In this document: piece by piece, positions 58,297-64,000 of the stretch
How the letters are laid out: the number at the start of each line of letters is the position of its first letter
Numbering within the stretch: the first letter of the stretch is position 1
Assembly (NCBI GenBank): GCA_043228905.1
Contig: JBHGNT010000011.1
Coordinates: 9,362,001 to 9,426,000 of the forward strand
Source of the DNA: Azolla caroliniana
Lineage: Eukaryota; Plantae; Polypodiophyta
DNA: 64,000 bases
Direction: 5' to 3'
Position numbers and translations under genes: made by a program
Notes under the pieces: generated by a model
Seen by the model: only the letters and a program-made list of their open reading frames with translations
What the model was told of the DNA's origin: nothing
Database searches by the model: none

Positions 58297-61200
58297 TGAC
58301 GAGAAATATGCGGAATAATCTCCGGCCACAACCGAAGCGTAGATCACTCTGTGTGGATCTTCGTCAGCAGGAACTCTCGGTCTTCTACTCGCTCCCGAAT
58401 CCAATGGTACCTCCGTTGGATGTGCTTCGTCCTGGAATGATATGCTGCGTTCTTCGCAAGGTGGATGGCACTTTGACTGTCGCAATAGAGCCGGTATTCC
58501 TCTTGCCGGATCCCTAGCTCTTCGAGGAAGTCCTTCATCCATAGTATTTCCTTGCCGGCTTCCACAGCCGCCATGTACTCCGCTTCCGTGGTTGACAACG
58601 CAACCGTCTTCTGCAACCTCGATTGCCAAGAAACAGCTCCCCCCGCATATGTCATGACATATCTAGATGTTGACCGGCTGGTATCCGCATCAACCGACAT
58701 ATCCGAATCGGTGAAATCGTCTAGTTGGGGTTTACTGGAGCCGAATCAGAGACACATACTTGAGGTGCCTTTCAAGTATCGGAGTATCCATTTTACCGCG
58801 TTCCAGTGCTCCTTGCCGGGATTGCTCATAAACCGGCTCACCACTCCGACTTCATATCCGATATCCGGTCGGATACACACCATTGCATACATTAGGCTCT
58901 CGACGGTAGAGGCATATGGTAACTTCATCATATCCGCCTTCTCTTCCTTCATCTTTGGGCTTTGCTTACCGGATAACCTACAATTTGCCGGAAGTGTCGA
59001 TCCGACCGGTTTCGCATCTGACATGTTGAACCGTTGAAGCACCTTTGTCACATACTTCTCCTGTGACAACCACAATTGCTTCGTTGGCCGGTCCCAGATG
59101 ATATGCATCCCCAACATTTGTCTTGTTGGACCCAAGTCTTTCATTGAGAACGTCCGGTTCAGGGCCTTCGTCAGCATCCATATCTTAACCTGGTCTCGTC
59201 CGACGATCAACATGTCGTCCACGTACAAGAGGAGTATCAGGAAGTCTCCACATTCAAACTTCTTCACAAATACGCAATGATCGGCCTACGTCTTGTGGTA
59301 CCCTTGATCGGTCATGAAGGAGTCAAACTTCCGGTACCATTGTCGGGGCCTGTTTCAACCCGTAGAGGCTCTTTTTTAACCGGCAAACCAGGTGCTCCTT
59401 CCCTTTCTTCACAAATCCCTCCAGTTGCTGCATGTAGATCTCCTCTTCGAGGTCGTCGTGGAGGAGCGTCGTCTTCACGTCTAACTGCTCTACCTCGAGG
59501 TTCATGCTTGCCGCTATGCTCAGCATCGTCCGGATGCAAGTCATCTTTACTACCAGGGAAAATATCTCGTCGAAGTCCACGCCCTTCTTCTACTGGAACC
59601 CCTTCACCACGATCCTGGCTTTGTACCTTGGAGGGTTGCCAGCATCTCCCGGTTTCAACTTGTACACCCACTTGTTTCGGAGTGCCCTCTTTCCTTTCGG
59701 CAACTCCACCAATTCATATGTGTGGTTCTCATGCAAGGAATCCATCTCGTCCTGCATGGCACTTAACCACTTGCGGTTATGGGTGTCATCCTTCGCTTCT
59801 TCGAAGCTTTCCGGCTCCCCCTCATCGGTCAGCAGCACATGCTCTACATCCAGAAATCTCCGGGGGGTCCTTCTCTCTCTGAGAGGATATCTCCGTCTTT
59901 GTCTTTCGGCAACGAGCTCCTTTATTTGTTCTTCATCCGAATCCAATTTGGGGTCTTGGCCGGTTCCGGTTTCAACTTCCTCTACTTCTTCTTCTGCCGG
60001 TTCGGTATCCTCACCGTAACCGGCTGGTTCCTCGAGTGTCACCCGGCTCTTAGCCGGGTGGGTTCGAATCTCATCGGAGTTCATTATTTTCTTCTCCGAC
60101 TCCCAGTCGGCAAGAGTCTTGTCCTCCATGAAGATAATATCTTGGCTCTGGAAAACCTTCTTGTCAACCGGATCCCACACTCGGTAGTCGAACTCATCAT
60201 CGCCGTATCCGAGGAATATGCATGGCCAGGTCTTTGGATCCAACTTTCCTCTCCGGTCCCTAGCAACATGCACGTACGCGAGACACCAGAACACCTTCAA
60301 ATGCCGGTAGGACACTTCCTTACCGGGCCACATCTTTAGCGGCGTGTCTCCATCCAAGGGCACTGAGGGTGATCTGTTTATTACATACGTCGTTGTCAAC
60401 AGCACCTCAGCCCAAAACGTCTTGGGTAGTTTAGCATGTGCTAGCATACTCCGGACCCTCTCCATTATGGTCCGGTTCATCCTCCTGGCTAGCTCGTTTA
60501 GTTCTGGCGTCTTCGGCACAGTAAATTCGAACCGGATTCCCTTCGAGCGGCAGTACTCCTCGAACTGCCCCCGGTATTCCCCTCCGTTATCTGCTCGAAC
60601 CGCCTTCTGATGTGGTCCACAGCCTCCTGATGTGGTCATCTATGAACCTCACGAAGTATTGCGCTCCGGCATGGGACTTCGTGTCCACTTGACACACATC
60701 GGTGTGCACCAACTCCAATGGTGCATTACGTCTCATCGGTGGCCTTGATTGGAAGGAGGTCTGGTTTTGCTTACCGGCTAGGCAATCGGTGCACCTCTCA
60801 AGATGCACGTTCTTCACCGGAATGAGGTTGTCATCGGAAAGCCTCTTCATCCCCTTCATGCTCATGCGACACAGTCTCTTGTGCCACAGCTCACCGGCAG
60901 TGTCAGAAGCCATGTTCACTTCTTCTGCGTATAACCGGGCATTCATCAGGTACAACGTGTTGACCTTCCGGGCCCGAGCCACTATCAGGCTTCCTTTGCT
61001 AAATTTCATGACTCCATTCTGGATGTTGCCCGTGTAGCCTTCATCATCTAGCCGACCGGTTGATATCAGGTTCAGTCGAACCTCCGGAACGTGTCGGACA
61101 TCCTTCAGCAATAGCTTGCATCCGGTTGGTGTTGTCAACCACACGTCTCCTATGCCGACAATTCGGCATGTACCTTCATTCCCCATCCGGACACAGTCGT

Positions 61201-62965
61201 GATCACCGGCTGTGTAGGATGAGAAGCATTTCCAGTCCGAGGTAAGGTGGAACGACGCTCCGGAATCTACAACCCACGTTGTCTCGTCGCCGGCAAGGTT
61301 CAACTCACTCTCCTCGGTGATGAGCATCAACTCTTCTTCACTTGCCGCGATTGCCGTCGTTCCCTTCTGGTCCGGTGTCCACTTCGAATCAGTACTGTGG
61401 GTTTCCTTGTCTTTTCGGAAGTGCCGACAGTTCTTCTGGAAGTGTCCCGGCTTGCCGCAATAGAAGCAAGTAGGCCTCCCCCTTGACTTTGACCGTGTCC
61501 CCGACTTTTCCCGATTCTGGGGACTACAGTTCCTTTGTCTTCCACGTTCTGATTCGGTAAGGAGCGCTTTGGAGTTGGAGCTCGTGTCCTTGTCTTTCCG
61601 ATGCGCCTCCTCATCTAGCAAGCTCGACTTCACTCTTGCTAGGGATAACCGTTTCCCTTTCGGCCCGGTGTTGCCCAAAGTGACAACCAACGTCTCCCAA
61701 CTATCTGGGAGGGAACCGAGCAGGAGTATTGCTAGTACCTCATCGGCGAGAGGTACTTCCAATGATGTTGCCTGGTGGATCAACCCCTAGAAGGCATTCA
61801 TGTGCTCCGCCATGCTGGAGCCATCTTGGTACTGGAGTCTTACTAGCTTCCGAAATACTAAAACCTGATTAACAACATTTTTGTTCTGAAACATAATGCC
61901 GATCTTCTCCCAAAGCTCATGAGCCTTGCTCTCTTCATTGAAGTTGTTGTACAGACTCATGTCGATGAAGCACCGTATGTACGTCATTGTCTTCATGTGC
62001 ATCACCTCTTGTCCTCGAACTGAATCGGCAACCAAAGATCTTTAACCACGAGCATGTCCCTCATCTTCAACTTCCACACTGAGTAGTTGGAGCCAGTGAG
62101 CTTGAACATGCCTCCCAACGAATCGTCCATTTTTCTGTGTCGTTTCGCTCTGATACCAGTTTGACGAGAAATATGCGGAATAATCTCTGGCCACAACGGA
62201 AGCGTAGATCACTTGATGACAATCAAACACAGAAGAAATGGGGATGGAGGTAAGTACACAAATAGAAAGAGAATACACAGGATGTTAATGTGGAAAACCA
62301 TGAGAGGGAAAAACCACGGGAGTCCACAGACTCCAAACTATCACTATGTCAAGGAGTACAACAGGGAGCACAGAGGCAACGACCTCTTGCTCACAATCTT
62401 CGCCTGGCGGCGGTTACAACAGAGACATGCTCTATATTGCTCTCTCTCTCTCTCTCTCTCTCAGTACAGTCGTTACACCAAATTACACTACACAAAAATA
62501 ATAACAACAACTATCATATTTTCACATTGTTTGCCCTAGGTCACATTTATACTAATATGACATTAGGACTATTTACAAATATAGCCCCAATGGGCTCTCA
62601 GAAACATATCTACATATATGTCCCTTCATCCGGTGAGAGGTTCTCACCGGGCCTACAACATCCGATTCTCACCGGGTTTTCCTTGCCGGGTACTCATCAT
62701 CCGGTTCTCACCGGGTCTTCCGTTGCCGGGTACTCCACATCCGGTTCTCACCGGGTCTTCCTTGCCGGGTACTCCACATCCGGTTCTCACCAGGTCTTCC
62801 GTTGTTGGATACTCCACATTCGGTTCTCACCGGGTCTTCCGTTGCCGGGCATTCCACATCCGGTTTTCACCGGGTCTTCCTTGCTGGGTACTCCACACTC
62901 GGTTCTCACTAGGTCTTTTGTTGTCGGGCCTTCATATCCCATCCGAAGGGACCGAGATCCTAACA
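58297..62965 (-). mobile_element. Ty1/copia (Tnt1-like) inserted in gag; 3' LTR reduced to ~52 bp
   Basis: TSD GTCAG; 5' LTR 62162-62965; PBS TGGTATCAGAGC at 62147-62158; gag with CFYCGKPGH, WVVDSGAS, integrase, YVDD, RNase H; frameshifted. Confidence 0.92.
62662..62930. repeat. ~39-40-bp tandem repeat (about 7 copies) in copia LTR U3
   Basis: Unit CCGGTTCTCACCGGGTCTTCC(G)TTGCCGGGTACTCCACAT. Confidence 0.9.
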
Positions 62966-64000
62966 GTCAGCTCCCCGTGTTGTTGTTTTTCCAGCGCTAT
63001 TTGTTGAAGATCCCCCAACAAACAGTGATTTTCTTGTTCTAGTGCTACAAATTTCTCCTTTAAGCACTAGGGCTCCGAGAAAATAGATTGGTATTCCTGA
63101 GCGCTAATAGTTTCCATTTTACTAGGGAGGATAAGAGGATTAGTATGAAAGGAAGAAAGGGGTAAGAAGATGAGGGAAACCGAAAAGAAGACCGGAAAAA
63201 GGGAATATGTAAGAAGATAAAAGGAAGAGGAAAGGAGGAGACGGAAGGAGGACGGGAAAATCGGTTCAAACTGTCAGGATCAGTACTGAGAGAGAGAAGG
63301 AATTAGTACTAAAAGATGAGGATTAGTACTAAGAGAGGTGTAGAACTCTCGAGAGAAGGAAAGAGTGAGCGAGAGAGAGAGATAGAGAGAGAGAAAGGGT
63401 GAGAGAATGATGATAAAAGATATATATTATGTGAAGAGAGTATACAATAGTATCTAGGAGGCTTAAGACTGGCGTTGAACCGATTTGGTTCGAAATAATG
63501 CCTTGTGCCTCCTTTTATAGTGTTCTCAGGAGTACTCCTGAAGTTTCTAGAATGTTCCAAAGAAATCTGGAATATACATCAATTTTCTATAATAAAACAT
63601 AAATGAAAATAATACATGTTCTATGTATTACAATGTATGGTCTAATGGTCAAGAGCTCATGGGTTCGAGTCTTCCCATATCATGGCACCCAGCTGCTGAA
63701 GATCGACTCACCCAACTCCAAGAAGTTCAAGGTATCCTTTTACGCCATTTATATGATGGTCAAAACACTCAAAAGAAGGTTGTGGACCGTCATCGACGTG
63801 ATTCATTGACTACGTTTCAAGTGGGAGATCTAGTATGGCTTTTACAAGGTTGCATTAAAACAACCAGACCTTGCTGCAAATTGGATTATCAACATTTTGG
63901 CCCATATGTGATATCTGGTCAGATCAATGATGTGGCATTTCACCTTATTCTTCCCCCTCATATGCATCTTCACCTGGTCTTCCATGTTTCACTTTTGGAG

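Larger units (their letters stand above)
53295..63687 (-). mobile_element. Ty3/gypsy chromovirus, same family as 6285-11994, inverted, degenerate
   Basis: LTRs 63272-63687 and 53295-53726; TSD CCCGG/CCCAG; gag (63110-62971 and 58291-57305) and pol (57300-53770) are highly similar to the 6285 copy. Confidence 0.92.
48702..64000 (+). mobile_element. Ty3/gypsy Tcn1-like element (sister family to 6285-11994), degenerate; interrupted at 53294 and resuming at 63688; runs off the window
   Basis: 5' LTR ~48702-49134 with (CT)n; gag 49228-50346 with stops; pol remnants; integrase LTNP|AAEDRL joins across the insertion. Confidence 0.88.

Noticed and set aside
62290-63042. 250-aa repetitive ORF
   Set aside because: It arises from the 40-bp tandem repeat in the copia LTR.

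Overview
Eukaryotic, land-plant nuclear DNA; the style of the PLS-type PPR genes and the Tcn1-like chromoviruses suggest a fern or other seed-free plant (inference only). Host genes are two paralogous intronless PLS-E PPR genes (1-2046, 5'-truncated; 32440-35427) and a divergent intronless PLATZ-like gene (35768-36946, minus). The rest is nested transposons whose ends could mostly be fixed by TSDs. These are a hAT MITE, a 27-kb Ty3/gypsy nest (3115-30486, TSD CATGA) holding four younger insertions, and a right-hand nest of Ty1/copia and Tcn1-like Ty3 elements. The highlight is an 8.8-kb Sola1-like DNA transposon (12572-21384, ~36-bp TIRs, TSD ATTT). Divergent from its transposase it carries a six-exon gene for a ParB-like plus beta-class N6A/N4C DNA methyltransferase fusion. 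The first intron of that gene holds six 27-bp palindromes that look like a parS-type binding-site array. This copy is slightly decayed. Secondary highlights are antisense tRNA-like (A/B-box) modules in the U3 of three LTR families, tRNA-independent self-priming PBSs with covariation, and a conserved -1 frameshift signal.
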